A DNA stretch of 62,553 bases, the filler included, from Chiloscyllium plagiosum (taxonomy: Eukaryota): NCBI RefSeq assembly GCF_004010195.1. It is 3 parts of one record of this genome, joined end to end, with 100 filler letters (N's around TTAATTAATTAA, not from the genome) between each part and the next. Parts side by side here need not be neighbours in the genome. Positions count along the whole stretch, not along the records: positions 14,903 to 36,326 come from NC_057712.1; positions 36,427 to 62,553 come from NC_057712.1; 1 more part is not named here. One strand, 5' to 3'. The position numbers and the translations under genes are program-made. Below, one piece after another: positions 35,949 to 48,819 of the stretch. The notes beneath the pieces were generated by a model. It saw only the letters and a list, made by a program, of their open reading frames with translations. It did not search any database and was not told the DNA's origin. The first letter of the stretch is position 1, and every line of letters starts with the position of its first letter.

Positions 35949-36326
35949 GTGGTGAGGGTCCAATGTCGCAGGGTGGTGAGGGTGCTGTGTTGGAGGGTGG
36001 GGAGTGTGCTGCGTCTGAGGGTGGGGAGCGTGCTGCGTCTGAGGGTGGGGAGCGTGCTGCGTCTGAGGGTGGTGAGGGTGCAGCGTTGGAGGGTGAGGGT
36101 ACAATGTCAGAGGGTAGTGAAGGTGCTGTGTTGGAGGGTGAGGGTACTATATCAGAGGGTGGTGAGGATGCTGTGTCGGACTGTGGTGAGGGTGCAGTGT
36201 TGGAGGGTGAGGGTACAATGTCGGAGGGTGGTGAAGGTGCTGTGTTGAAGGGTGAGGGTACTATGTTGGAAGGTGGTGAGGGTGCAGTGCCAGAGGGTGA
36301 GGATGCTGTGTCGAAGGGTGAGAGTA
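35949..36326 (+). repeat. G-rich minisatellite of 24- and 21-bp GAGGGT-initiated units, running into a gap
   Basis: Example units GAGGGTGGTGAGGGTGCAGCGTTG (24 bp) and GAGGGTGAGGGTACAATGTCA (21 bp). Confidence 0.9.
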
Positions 36327-36426
36327 NNNNNNNNNNNNNNNNNNNNNNNNNNNNNNNNNNNNNNNNNNNNTTAATTAATTAANNNNNNNNNNNNNNNNNN
36401 NNNNNNNNNNNNNNNNNNNNNNNNNN
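36327..36426. other. Artificial 100-nt scaffold linker
   Basis: 44 N, TTAATTAATTAA, 44 N. Confidence 0.9.
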
Positions 36427-36660
36427 GGTAGGTTTAGGACAGATGTTAGGGGTAGGTTCTTTACTCAGCGAGTCGTGAGTTCGTGGAATGCCCTGCCAGT
36501 AGCAGTGGTGGACTCTCCCTCATTATGGGCATTTAAGCGGGCATTGGATAGGCATATGGAGGATAGTGGGCTAGTGTAGGTTAGGTGGGCTTGGATCGGC
36601 GCAACATTGAGGGCCGAAGGGCCTGTACTGCGCTGTATTCTTCTATGTTCTATGTTCTAT
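36427..36660 (+). mobile_element. 3' end of a third CR1 subfamily with a (TTCTATG)n tail
   Basis: RFFTQRVVSSWNALP; GGGCCGAAGGGCCTGTACTGCGCTGTATTC followed by TTCTATG repeats. Confidence 0.85.
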
Positions 36661-37595
36661 CTAATAGAGTTTTATGAGATGCTAAAAGGGATTGACAAAG
36701 TAAACATAGAAAAGATGCTTCCTCATGTGGGGCATTCTAGAATGAGAGGTCATATTTTTAAGATATGAGGTAGTCAATTTAAAACAGATGAGAAATTAAT
36801 TATCTCAAAGGTTGTGAATCTGTGGAATTCACTACTGCAGAGGGCCACAGATGTTGAGACATTGAGTAAATTTAAGGAGGAGGTAGATTTTTATCAGTAA
36901 TCTCTTGAAGGGTAATTAAGAGCAAGCAGGAAAGTGTAGTTAAGGCTGAGATGGAATCAGCCATGATCATAACAAGTGGTGGAGCAGGCTCAAGGGGCTG
37001 AATTGCCTACTTCTCTTAGTTCATGTGTTCTTATACTTCAGTTGTACAAGGCATTGGTGAGTTCACATATTGAATACCTATGCTGTTTCAGTCTCCTTGT
37101 TGAAGGGATGATGTAAATAATTAGCAGCAGTTCAGAGGATGTTTACTCGATTGATATCTGGAATGATTGGGTTGTCTTCTGAGGTTAGGTTGGACAGACT
37201 AACATTGTTTCCACTGGAGCTTTGAAGAATAAAAGGTGACTTGTTTGAACTGTATACGATCCTGAATGGTCTTGACAATGTTTTCTCTTGTGGGTCAGTC
37301 CAGAACTTGGGACACTATTTTAAAGTAAGGCTTCACTGTATGTGGACGGAGATTAATTTTTTTTACTCTAACAAAGCTATTCAGCTTTGGAATTCTGTCC
37401 CTGAGAAGGTGATGGAAGTGGGGTCACTCAATGTTTTTTTATAAGACGGAGGTGGATAGATTCTTGTTAGCAGAGAAATCTTTGAGGATGGAAATGTGGA
37501 ATTAGAAGGACAAATAGATCAGCCATGAGCTTAACAAATGACAAAGCAGAGTCAACATGATTAGGGTTAGTGATTGAATGGTCTGCTTCTGTTAT
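36661..37595 (+). mobile_element. Two tandem old CR1 3' fragments
   Basis: VVNLWNSL- and IQLWNSVPE-type remnants, each followed by an ATCAGCCATGA-type 3' UTR. Confidence 0.65.
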
Positions 37596-38359
37596 ATTTT
37601 GTTTGCTTGTATCAAAATAGAACACATCTGCCGTTTCCCTGGTGATTTTAATTGTTTTAAGTTCCTTTCTCACTTTCAATTCTGATTTACAATTACTTCC
37701 AGTGTATTATTTATATCCTTTTCATTGGAGTCAGTTGTGAAATATAAAGTTCAATTCATCTGCAATTTCTCTATTTACCATACTTAGGTCTACAGATTCA
37801 CTCTCTAGAAGACCATCAGACACTTTTACATTTTTACATAAAAACTCTTTTTGTATTTCTATTTTATACTTAAAATTGCTGTTCTAGATCAACCTTAGTC
37901 GTTCTTTGGGCAGAATATGAGGATGAACAATCTTTTAACTTGAACAAAATACTTGCAGTATTATAAATATTTTCTCACCAACCTGTACAGAGATGATATT
38001 TTGTATGTCTGGAGCAGATGGCACTTGATGTTAGGCCTCCTAATACAGAGATAGGGACACCACCAATGCCAGAAGAACCCCCTTGCAGAATTATTTGCTT
38101 TTTCATTAGTTTTTTTTAAACCTTCTTTAACTTCCTTTATTGGGCACAGGTGGTTCATCCATTCCCTAGAATCTTTCTTTCTCAATGAAATGAATCATTT
38201 CTGAGTATTCTCCTTAAATGGCTGCTACTTACTGCTACAGACCTACACCTTAATCTAGTTTCCCAGTTTACTTCAGCAATTAATTTTATTTATCTCATCA
38301 ATTTTTTCTCCACCCTCTCCTTGTTTCCTGAAATGCACCTATCATGGCCCCCTCCTTTT

Positions 38360-39032
38360 TCTGATTATACACACAGCCCCCTTGGCAATATCACCCAAAT
38401 GTATTGTATCTATTTCCACATTTATGTTGATGATGCCACCTCAGCTTTTCCTCAGCACCATCTCACCTACTCAATGAAATGAAATATCTTTCATTGTTAG
38501 TTTGAAGCAAATTGTATGCACTGCTTGTCATTGCAAATCTGCCCTGCAAACAATGTCAAGTTGACCCCAAGACCAGGTCCCAACCACACGTCAGCATGAA
38601 TACCTGTTTAGCTCCATATCATTATTTGATTCTGCCTTTGTCTCAACTCATCTGCTGCTGAAACTCTTATCTATCCATTTGTCCAATATTTTCTTGACTA
38701 TTAAAATGTACTCCTGATTGGCAACCAATCCAGTGTCAACTTGATCTCAGACTTTGCTGCCTGTAACTATAGCTCACACCAAGTGCCATTCACCCATCCA
38801 CCCATTCTTGTGCTTATTGATCTACTTTTGTTCCTGGATGCAAGTTGTGAAAATTTCTAATCCTTTCCACCTTTCTGTCCTCTTTAAAGACACTCATTAA
38901 AATCAATCTCCATCTGTCCGTTTGTTTTTGGCTGAATGTCAAAGTCTGATAATTATCAAAGTTTGATAACACAGCACTTTGAGGCTTTTTTTTGTGGTAA
39001 AGTTGCTAGATGAATGCATGCTGTAGTTGTTG
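38360..39032 (+). mobile_element. Highly degraded L2-like LINE
   Basis: TTCCACATTTATGTTGATGATGCC (FHIYVDDA) and an L2-like end GCTAGATGAATGCATGCTGTAGTTGTTG. Confidence 0.45.
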
Positions 39033-39354
39033 CTTTCATGTCGATAACAATGCCCTTCTAAAATCTCTGTAAAATAGCTTGCATCTCATCCTGTTTCAAA
39101 TAGGAAGTTAATATTTGCATTTGCATCACAGGTAAAAGAAAAAAGGCCTTAAATTTATAGTGTCTAATCATTCAAAAATGCCTCAGCTAATTTCACTTTA
39201 ATTTAGATTCTCATACTGATCTTACACATCTGGTATTAGCAATGCAACAATCTGTATATGATTTCAATCATAATGGTAACATTTCAGCACAGGCTATTTA
39301 ATAGTGTTCAACTCAAATATATAGATTTATGGAAGTACTATTGTAATTCTGCAG

Positions 39355-39511
39355 ATCTCTCAAAACCAATGACTGGATGCTAGCTGAGGGAGTCAAGCAG
39401 AATTCTGAAGTGGTAAACAACTATGCCCACGCTACAGACATTGTTCAAAATACAAAGCTGGAATCCCAAAGTCCTACAAGTCTGAAAAGTCCAACTGGAA
39501 AATCTGCAAAG
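39355..39511 (+). CDS. Candidate internal coding exon of an unidentified host gene
   Basis: Acceptor ttgtaattctgcag, consensus donor AAG|gtgagt, open frame xSLKTNDWMLAEGVKQNSEVVNNYAHATDIVQNTKLESQSPTSLKSPTGKSAK, in non-repetitive DNA. Confidence 0.45.
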
Positions 39512-40328
39512 GTGAGTTAGACAAAATCATGTTTTTGTAGGTTTTCAATAGAACTAAGATAAGTGACATTTCCTAATTGTTATCCTTCACTCTTAGGATT
39601 GAAATTACTTTGTGGATAATGACATAATATCTCAATGCACAGGTTAGCACTTCTGCTAAAATGCCAAAGAGAGAGATTTGAGATACCTTGGTTAAGTCTT
39701 TCCCTATCAGGAAGCCCTGTATTTTTTCTATTGACTTGTGCTTTGTAATTACTTATTTAGCACTTCCAAGAAGAGATGATGTAATTAGATACTGAGAATT
39801 CTGAGTCACGTGATATGACAGTGACTTTATTATTGTCATCCGGTATCGTTTCCAGAAACTTCTATGTGTATCCTGAATGAAGTTTATAAGGAACCAAGTC
39901 ATTTCTATGCCTGTTATTGCCTTCATTTAAAAATTTATTTGATGCCTTGTCGGTAATATGAGCAGATGCAATATGTCTGATTTTCCACATTGTATCAGTA
40001 CCAACAGCTGTACTATTGGAATATCTTTCTTTAGCTTCTTCCAGCACATATTTTTCGGTAAGTCATCTTTAATTGAATTTTTCAAGCTAAAGCAAACGTT
40101 CTGAAATATTTATTGAGCTGAATTTTTTTGAATGCAAGGTTACAAATGCTGTGAACAACACCAGTAGGTGGCATCAAGAGTGCACATGTGCAAAGAAACC
40201 TGCTTTGTAATTTTGGAGCAATGGAAGAGACTGTCTCCGTGCTTCAGTACAAAGTGATCCAGAACTAGGGGAGGCTGGGGCTGGCAAAGAGATGTGAAAG
40301 CTTGGATCAGCAATTTACCCTTCAAAAA

Positions 40329-40600
40329 GGGTGGCACAGGAGCTCAGTGGTTGCACTGCTGCCTCACAGCGCCAGGAACCCGGGATTGATTCCACCTTTG
40401 GGCAACTGTCTGTGTGGGGTTTGCACATTTTCCCTGGGTCTGTGTGGGTTTCCTCTGGGTCCTCCCATTTCCTCCAACAGTCCAAAGATGTGTAGGTTAA
40501 GTGGATTGGCCACAGGAAATGCAAAGTTACAGGGACTGGGTGGGATGCTCTTTACAGGGTCACTGTGGATTTGATGGGCTGAATGACCTGCTTCACACTG
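40329..40600 (+). mobile_element. HE1-type V-SINE
   Basis: GCTCAGTGGTTGCACTGCTGCCTCACAGCGCCAGG head plus V-domain. Confidence 0.85.
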
Positions 40601-41724
40601 CTCGTTTCAATGTAAGTTCCTTTCATTGCATTTTGCCTATGGCTGGTTTGAGGATAATGCTTACTCCAGTTTTATTGCTGAGATTCAGGAGTCAATGATT
40701 TCTTGCCATGATCTCATCTCATCTCAGCTGTTAGGTGCAAGACACTGCATGTGACTCATACAGTTAACAAATAGCCATTGTACGCTCAAATTTTCTTTCA
40801 ATTACCTCCTTAAATCTTTTGATTACCCTCTTTCTGCACCCCATGGATTTTCAGTAATGCTCCCAACCCACCCCCAGGAAAGATGGGAGAAGGTTCAAAG
40901 ACACTAGGATATTGACTTTTTTTCCTGATATTTTCCATTCCCCTCTTCCTCTAAACCTGTGAAAACCACTTTTCTTTGAGAAAAATCGATAGAAAAAGGA
41001 AGGTAGGATGAGGAAAACTGGCCTCAAGGTGAAGATGCTTTTTTGGTACTTGTTCTTTAAGATGAAGGAATGGGACTGGAGCTGGGATGGTTCAGTGAGT
41101 ATATGTAAGTTGCATTACAACAGAGCAAAATCAAAATGATAGGTATGTAGGCTTTACACATAGCTTAAAGAAGGCCAGATTGCAATTTTAAAGTCAATGG
41201 GGAAATTGAGCCATTACACAAAAGAGGTGTGTCAAGATGAAGTGGTAACGAATGTGGTACGAACAACACGGTAGGTTAAACAAGAATGATAGTGGAGAAA
41301 GGAACTTGAAAAGGAAACCATTGTGTGCCATGGTTTTGAGATATTGAAGTGTGGCTATATCCAAGAAACTGAGCTTCGGCAAATTGTTGGGTGAAGAGAC
41401 AGAAACAGTGGAAAATTCAAAGGGGAAGGATAATCTCATGTTTCAAAACTGCGAAAAGATAGACATGCATTTATAAGAACTGACAAAGAGGGGCGCTGTA
41501 GTTTCTTTTTGGTGCAGAATCACTGCTAAAGCAATATATTCAAAAACTGGTTCAGTTCACTGTTTTAGTCTTACAGCAGAAAGAGAATTTATTGAATTTG
41601 ATGAGGTGCACTGATTTCAGTAATAGACTAATCTAACTTATAATTTATCACTTAACGTGATGGCATCATGGTGAACACATTTGAGTAGAAATTTTAAAAT
41701 GCTTACAAGGACCCGTAGCTGTTG

Positions 41725-42570
41725 ACAACACAGAAGGAGGCCATTCAGTCCATAAATGTTTGCACTGGTTAATAAAGATCTACTTACAGTAATCTCATTT
41801 TCCAGCTTTTAGCCCATAGTCCTGGAGGCTATAGTAATACAAGTGAATATGTTTGTACTAATAGATGTTACAAGGTTTTCAGTCAGTGACTCAGTTTCTG
41901 AGTGAAAAAATGTTTTCCTCAACTCTCCTTGTAGCCTTCTACCTCTAAATGTAAATCTATGCCCCTCCTATGATCTTTTACCTGTCTACTATGGAGAAAG
42001 TGTCTCCCTATCCACCCTATTCATGCCCCTCACAATCTTATACACCTCTATCAAGTATCCTCTCAGTCTTTGAAAACACAGAAAACAACACTAGCCTATC
42101 CAATCTTTCCTCCTACCTCAATCTTGTCTGCAAATTCTCTAATGCAATCACATACACCCTATAGTGCAGTGGCTAAAGCTGCATATACGATATTCCACTT
42201 GTGACTTAACCAACATTTTATACAGTCCCAGCATAATCTCTAGTTCGTGTATTCTAAACCTCAGATAATAAAGGCAAGTATCCTATGTATCCTCTTAACC
42301 ATTTTATCTACCAGTCCTCTCGGGGACCTGTGGGTAAACAGATGAAGGTCTCCCTGATTTTCAGTACTTTTCAGTGGCTTTTCCATTCATAGTATAATAC
42401 CTTTCCTTGTTAGCCCTTCCCAAGTGCTTTACCCCACACTTCTGCTCCGTCAGGTTACTAGTCCATTGATATTCTTCTGGAGTTTATGGCTATCCTCACT
42501 CTTTATCACCCCAAAGATTTTCATGAAACTCATATCCTGGACAGTTAAATCAAAATTATTAATGTACATT
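41725..42570 (-). mobile_element. Old degraded CR1-type 3' portion
   Basis: CACAGAAGGAGGCCATTCAG end; CCCTATTCATGCCCCTCACAATCTTATACACCTC (EVYKIVRGMNR on the minus strand). Confidence 0.65.
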
Positions 42571-44793
42571 ACACTTCAGACTGTTTAAAAGTGATGTTAC
42601 ATTTGTAGTTTGGGGCTGTGCAGACTAGCATCTGATTGTGGCTCCCGGTGCATCGTGGTTATATAAGTAAACTAGTCGTCCAGAAGACTAAAATAAAAAT
42701 CTAATTATATTTGAATTATCTTTCTCCTCTTGTGATAGAGTTAGCTCTTGCTGTGATACAATTAAACAGTAAAACCTGCAGGGCCCCCTCCACCTTTTAT
42801 GTACTTTTAGTCTGTTTCAATCAGCCATTAAGCCAACAAGCAGAATATTTACTTTATGGTTATTCAGCCACGCACGGAGAGAGAGAGGTTGTCTCAGGTG
42901 ACCACTCTTGTTAGTTCTATTGGCATTTAGAAGGAACAGAAATCTCACCTGAGGTGTAACAATACCACATTAAACTTTGTGAGTAATTCAGCAGAAGTGC
43001 CAGTGACCAAGCCCAAAGCCTTCCTAGTTGCTTTAATGGTTCAGCTGTCACTGACAGAGTAAATGAATGCAAGGTTAACTAATATTTGTTTAAACTCTTT
43101 TTTAAAGTTGCTACTGAAGAAATTATATATGCCATTTGTATTTTTTTCTTGTTTGCATCTTGTATTGTTGATGCATAGTCAGTTGAGTCATAGCGACTGC
43201 TGATGAACAATATAATTTGCAATAAAATTTGCAAGCTGCACAAATGCAAATCAGTGGGTTTTCTATAATATCTGATTCCTAACCTAAAACTTGTTTACTG
43301 TTTTAAATAAATTAGCCCATGGAATTAACCAATCCCTGATGAATGATTGATTATTAATTTGTTATCAGGAACATCACACTGCCAAATTCGTGGGTAAATG
43401 CAGTAGGAATTTGTTGCTTGGGCACAATCACATATATTAAATAATTTAATATAAGGAGCAGTAAGATATTGGGCAAGTCCAAATATTCTATACAACGGTA
43501 TACAACATCAATTATGCCTACTGATGTGGGGACTTACTGACAACTAGGACTAAGCCTGTAAGGTTCCTAAAAATATATAGTGTACATGGTTTATAAAATA
43601 TTGTTTTTCATCAGTAAGGGAACAGATTCTTCTCTCTCTACAACCTAGCATGGCCTCACCGCGCACAGCACAGACATCTCTTTCTAAACCCATGACTAAC
43701 ATCATCTAGAAGGATAAGGGCAGCAGATACAATGAAACACCATCGCTTGCCATTTCCCTACAAAAACACTCAGCATCCTGACTCAAAAATATACTGCTGT
43801 TGCTTTAGTGTTACCAGATAAAAATTGTGGAACTCATTCCCAATATGAGCATATATATATATATACCGAATGGACTGAAGTTGTAAAAGAAAGTAGCTCA
43901 CTACCACGTTTTCAGGGTAACTAGGTTACTAATAAATGTTGACCCACCTAAGGATTCCCGCATCCCATGAATACATTTTTAAAAAGGATCAGATAAGTTA
44001 GCACCAAAGCACTTAATGATTAGGGTGAAATTATTCTTTGTGATACAGTGGGATGACTAATTATGACAGCTTGTTTTATATTCCATTAGGTTTAGCCCAG
44101 TAGATTTAAAAATATATATATATTGTACTAGTATTTAAGCATGGAACAAGAAACTGAGAGCAACTCAATATCTGTAAATCAGGTTGAAGTGGTCTGTCAG
44201 TCAACCTGTACTTGTGAACCTTTTATCTCGTCCAAGGAATTGTTTTATTATTCACCTCTCTACAGACTCAGCTATTGCATTCAACTGTTTAATGATTTGT
44301 AAGGTGAAGCAAAGCTGCTTGTTTGTTGTATGTCAGCCAAGCCCCTGATTTTAACTATAAGCCTAGCAGTTAATTATGTTTATGATTCATTCACTGGCTG
44401 CGTGTTCACTTGTTGCCTCAGCCATTTTTTTTTGCTGTTGCACCTTTCGATCGGACGTTGATCTGTGCTGTCAGGTAGGAACTAGATTTTAAAATCTTAA
44501 AACGAATACTAAGAGTACTAAGTCTCACAGACAGTATGTTTATTGGCATTGCTTTTATAATTCAACCATTAATGTCTCAGCTCGCTGAATCAGTCCACAT
44601 TTGTTTTCATCAAGACTGTAAATTGGAACGGTAGCAGAATATTTGTTGTCATTCCTATTCCATTTCTCTAACATGTTTTAAAGATTTAAATGAAAGTGTT
44701 GAATTAAGGCAATTCAGTGTAATTTTCTAATGCTTTCAAGAGGGGACTGAGCCAGTTACTGCTGGGGAAGAAATCTCATTTTATAGAAAGTAT

Positions 44794-44970
44794 GGGGTAG
44801 AAATTCATCTCAGGTGATGATTCAAAACGCGCAATCTCAGACCAGCCATCCATTATATGCAGCACATGACATTAAGTTGCAGTGATTGAATTAAAATTGA
44901 ATATCAGCCACTGAGTGGCTGATTCAATACCACCTGCTTTATGTCACTGCCTAAGGTCAATTTCTAGGTC
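44794..44970. mobile_element. Possible degenerate MITE with an internal hairpin
   Basis: GGGGTAGAAATT at the left and AATTTCTAGGTC at the right; internal palindrome ATCAGCCACT-G-AGTGGCTGAT (44903-44923). Confidence 0.4.
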
Positions 44971-45754
44971 TGTGTCTTTATAGATAACATAGCCTGTTTG
45001 ATTGACATGCAACCTAACACTTTCAAAACTCACTTGCTCCATTACCAATGCACAGTGACAGCTGTGTATACATCTACAAAAAAAATCCAATTCTATCTTC
45101 AATGCCTCAATGGAACCTGCCTCCAGTGCACTCTCAGGTAGTCAAATCCAGACCTTAATTTCTCACTTAGAGAAAACATATTTCCACATGTCATCATTGC
45201 TTTTGTTGCCAATTACTTTCAGGCTGTGGCCTCTGCTTCTCAACTTCTGCCCATTAAAAAAAAGTAAGGCAGAGGTTCAGGAGGCAAAGGGTTAAAATAG
45301 AAGAAAATTCTGCAAGTTCAAACAGAATTTCTCAACATTAGACTTAATCAGATAAGTTTTAAAGCCATTATAAGTTCCACAGTAAATGTTTGTAGGAATA
45401 ATCATTCCTAGTCTGGGACCTCAGGCACTGTATCTGTCTTTCATCTGTCCAAAATCTAAAGCTCTGGTGGCCATGTTCTTCTGCAGCTCCTTGAATATGT
45501 AATCTAATGTGAACCTGCTGCTACAAATAAAAGTTTTTTTAATTGATTGATTAATATTGTATATGAAAACAATTTTACATATGACAAAGCATTCAGTACA
45601 GTACAGCAGGACTGTCATTTAACAGTTCATAAAATAGTCATCAAATAGGAAATGACACATAGTTTTTATTTTTGCAGCAACAGCAGTTTTATTACATACT
45701 GTACTCAAATTGCTATGATGCATCAGGGTTTGGTATTGTTCTGGTGAATCTGAG

Positions 45755-46458
45755 TGCAACCGCAAGAAATGCAAAACTTGCGCCCACACCTTCCCCCTCA
45801 TTTCCCTCCAAGACCCCAAGGGATCCTTCCATATCCATCACAAATTCACCTGCACCTCCACACACATCATTTACTGCATCCGCTGCACCCGATGTGGCCT
45901 CCTCTACATTGGGGAGACAGGCCGCCTACTTGCGGAACGTTTCAGAGAACACCTCTAGGACATCCGCACCAACCAACCCAACCACCCTGTGGCTGAACAC
46001 TTTAACTCCCTCTCCCACTCCGCCAAGGACATGCAGGTCCTTGGCCTCCTCCATCGCCAGACCATGGCAACACGATGCCTGGAGGAAGAGTGCCTCATCT
46101 TCCGCCTAGGAACCCTCCAACCACAAGGGATGAAATCAGATTTCTCCAGCTTCCTCATTTCCCCTACCCCAACCCTCGGACTCAGCACCGCCTTCTTGAC
46201 CTGCAATCTTCTTCCCGACCTCTCTGCCCTCACCCCCTCTCTGGCCTATCACCCTCACCTTAACCTCCTTCCACCTATCGCATTCCCAATGCCCCTCACC
46301 CAAGTCCGTCTTCCCTACCTTTTATCTTAGCCTGCTTGGCACACCCTCCTCATTCCTGAAGAAGGGCTTATGCCCGAAATATCGATTCTCCTGCTCCTTG
46401 GATGCTGCCTGACCTGCTGTGCTTTTCCAGCAACACATTTTTCAGCACTCATCTCCTC
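45755..46458 (+). mobile_element. 5'-truncated PLE (family A'): GIY-YIG domain plus pLTR with hammerhead (46356-46383)
   Basis: FTCTSTHIIYCIRCTRCGLLYIGETGRLLAERFREH; CTGAAGA-A-GGGC-TTAT-GCCC-GAAATATC. Confidence 0.9.
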
Positions 46459-46824
46459 CAAAGCCAAAGCATTTCTTCTGAGGTGGTTCACAGATGTACT
46501 GAGATGCGATTCAAAGAGAGCTTTATAGAATACTTTGTAGATTTTTATGACTTTACAGAAGGCTATGGATCAAGTGCTGGATTAGAACAGTTAGATGGTT
46601 GTTTTTGACTGGTGTAGCTTTGATGGGCCAAAGGGCTTTAGATCTCTTTGACTCTAACTGTGGCATTGTGTCACCCCATTGTATTTCAGCCCCTAAGTAG
46701 TAACTTATTCAGATATAATTGTGCTCTAAAAAGTCTTATGCTGCCAGCACTGAGAAACAATGTAGAAGACACAGAACTTGCAGCTAATTATAATTAGAGT
46801 GATATCTCAAGATTCCTCCACGAT

Positions 46825-47605
46825 AGGTAGAAGACAGAGAGTGGTGGTGGAGGGTTGTTTTTCAGACTGGAGGCCTGTGACCAGTGGAGTGCCACAAGGA
46901 TCGGCGCTAGGCCCTTTACTTTTTGTCATTTACATAAATGATTTGGATGCGAACATAAGAGGTACAGTTAGTAAGTTTACAGGTGACACCAAAATTGGAG
47001 GTGTAGTGGACAGCGAAGAGGGATACCAAAGATTACAACAGGATCTGGACCAGATGGGCCAATGGGCTGAGAAGTGGCAGATGGAGTTTAATTCAGATAA
47101 ATGCAAGGTGCCGCATTTTGGGAAAGCAAATCTTAGCAGGACTTATACACTTAATGGTAGGGTCCGAGGGAGTGTTGCTGAACAAAGGGACCTTGGAGTG
47201 CAGGTTCATAGCTCCTTGAAAGTGGAGTCGCAGGTAGATAGGATAGTGAAGAAGGCATTTGGTATGCTTTCCTTTATTGGTCAGAGTATTGAGTGCAGGA
47301 GTTGGGAGGTGATGTTGCAGCTGTACAGGACATTGGTTAGGCCACTATTGGAATATTGTGTGTAATTCTGGTCTCCTTCCTATCAGAAAGATGTTGTGAA
47401 ACTTGAAAGGGTTCAGAAAAGATTTACAAGGATGTTGCCAGGGTTGGAGGATCTGAGCTACAGGGAGAGGCTGAACAGGCTGGGGCTGTTTTCCCTGGAG
47501 TGTCGGAGGCTGAGGGGTGACCTTATAGACATTTACAAAATTATGAGGGGCATGGATAGGATAAATAGGCAAAGTCTTTTCCCTGGGGTGGGGGAGTCCA
47601 GAACT
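46825..47605 (+). mobile_element. Young CR1 RT fragment lacking its own 3' end
   Basis: ORF 46778-47365 has SGVPQGSALGP and KFTGDTK; stops at GESRT, where a SINE begins. Confidence 0.92.
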
Positions 47606-47880
47606 GCGCTTGAGACCCGCGTTCAATTCCCGCCTCAGGCGACTGACTGTGTGGAGTTTGCACATCTCCCCGTGTCTGCGTGTGTTTCCTCCGGGTGCTC
47701 CGGTTTCCTCCCACAGTCCAAAGATATGCAGGTCAGGTGAATTGGCCATGCTAAATTGCCCGTAGTGTTAGGTAAGGGGTAGATGTGTAGGGGTATGGGT
47801 GGGTTGCGCTTCGGCGGGGTGGTGTGGACTTGTTGGGCCGAAGTGCCTGTTTCCACACTGTAGGTAATCTAATCTAATCT
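47606..47880 (+). mobile_element. 5'-truncated young HE1-type SINE
   Basis: Box B GCGTTCAATTCCC, V-domain, (AATCT)3 tail; close to the reverse complement of 59365-59614. Confidence 0.9.
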
Positions 47881-48351
47881 TTAAATGCTGCTCCAAAACA
47901 CATTACCCAATAGAAACACCCATTGTTATAGACTAGTGAACCTATCATTGTACCTGTAGGTAATAACTATTGAGAAGGATGATAGATATTAAAAGTTGCA
48001 TCATGTTACTGTTTGTTTTAGTATTCAGCATTGATTGGTATCAAAACAAACGCAGTTGTAGTAACTCAATCCCAAAATACACATCTTTTTCCAATTGATG
48101 ATTACCCAACATCCTGTTTTAGCTTATATTTGGAGTTTTGTATTAGCAGGAAGCTTGAGTATATTGCACTTGGTCCCTTCATTAAAATCATTAACATAGG
48201 TTTTAATCCACAGAGAAAACAGCACTGATCCATGAGGATACAACTGCTTGCCAATCCTGCATTTGGAGCTGAGCAGATGAATTAGAAATTCATTGACATT
48301 TACATGCGCAGATTCAAATTTGAAGGTCTTTGTTGTGAACTGGGTGTGTTC

Positions 48352-48819
48352 AAAGTTTGTGCGAAGATTTGTAGCTCGGGTGCTCGTTGCTGTGGTTCTG
48401 TTCGCCGAGCTGGAAGTTTTTGTTGCAAACGTTTCGTCCCCTGACTAGGCGACATCATCAGTGCTTGGGAGCCTCCTGTGAAGCGCTTCTTTGATGTTTC
48501 CTCCGGTGTTTATAGTGGTCTGTCCCTGCCGCTTCCGGTTGTCAGTTTCAACTGTCTGCTGTAGTGGTTGGTATATTGGGTCCAGGTCGATGTGTTTGTT
48601 GATGGAGTTTATAGATGAATGCCATGCCTCTAGGAATTCCCTGGCTGTTCTCTGTCTGGCTTGCCCTATATAGTAGTGTTGTCCCAGTCGAATTCATGTT
48701 GCTTGTTGTCTGCGTGTGTGGCTACTAAGGATAGCTGGTCGTGTCGTTTCGTGGCTAGTTGATGTTCATGTATGCGGATTGTTAGCTGTCTTCCTGTTTG
48801 TCCTATATAGTGTTTAGTG
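48352..48819 (-). mobile_element. 5'-truncated PLE (family D) with TSD
   Basis: Minus strand HYIGQTGRQLTIRIHEHQLA...HEFDWDN...REFLEAWHS; TSD CTGGGTGTGT (48340-48349 / 48820-48829). Confidence 0.9.
48428..48461 (-). ncRNA. Minimal hammerhead ribozyme, intact core (family D)
   Basis: Minus strand CTGATGA-T-GTCGCCT-AGTC-AGGGGAC-GAAAC-GTT. Confidence 0.8.

Noticed and set aside
35949..36326. Regularly spaced repeats as a CRISPR-like array
   Set aside because: Tandem degenerate units without unique spacers, in vertebrate-type DNA with no cas genes.
40035..40057. Possible 23-nt micro-exon (ttag|CTTCTTCCAGCACATATTTTTCG|gtaagt)
   Set aside because: Splice signals alone at this size are common by chance; no homology evidence.
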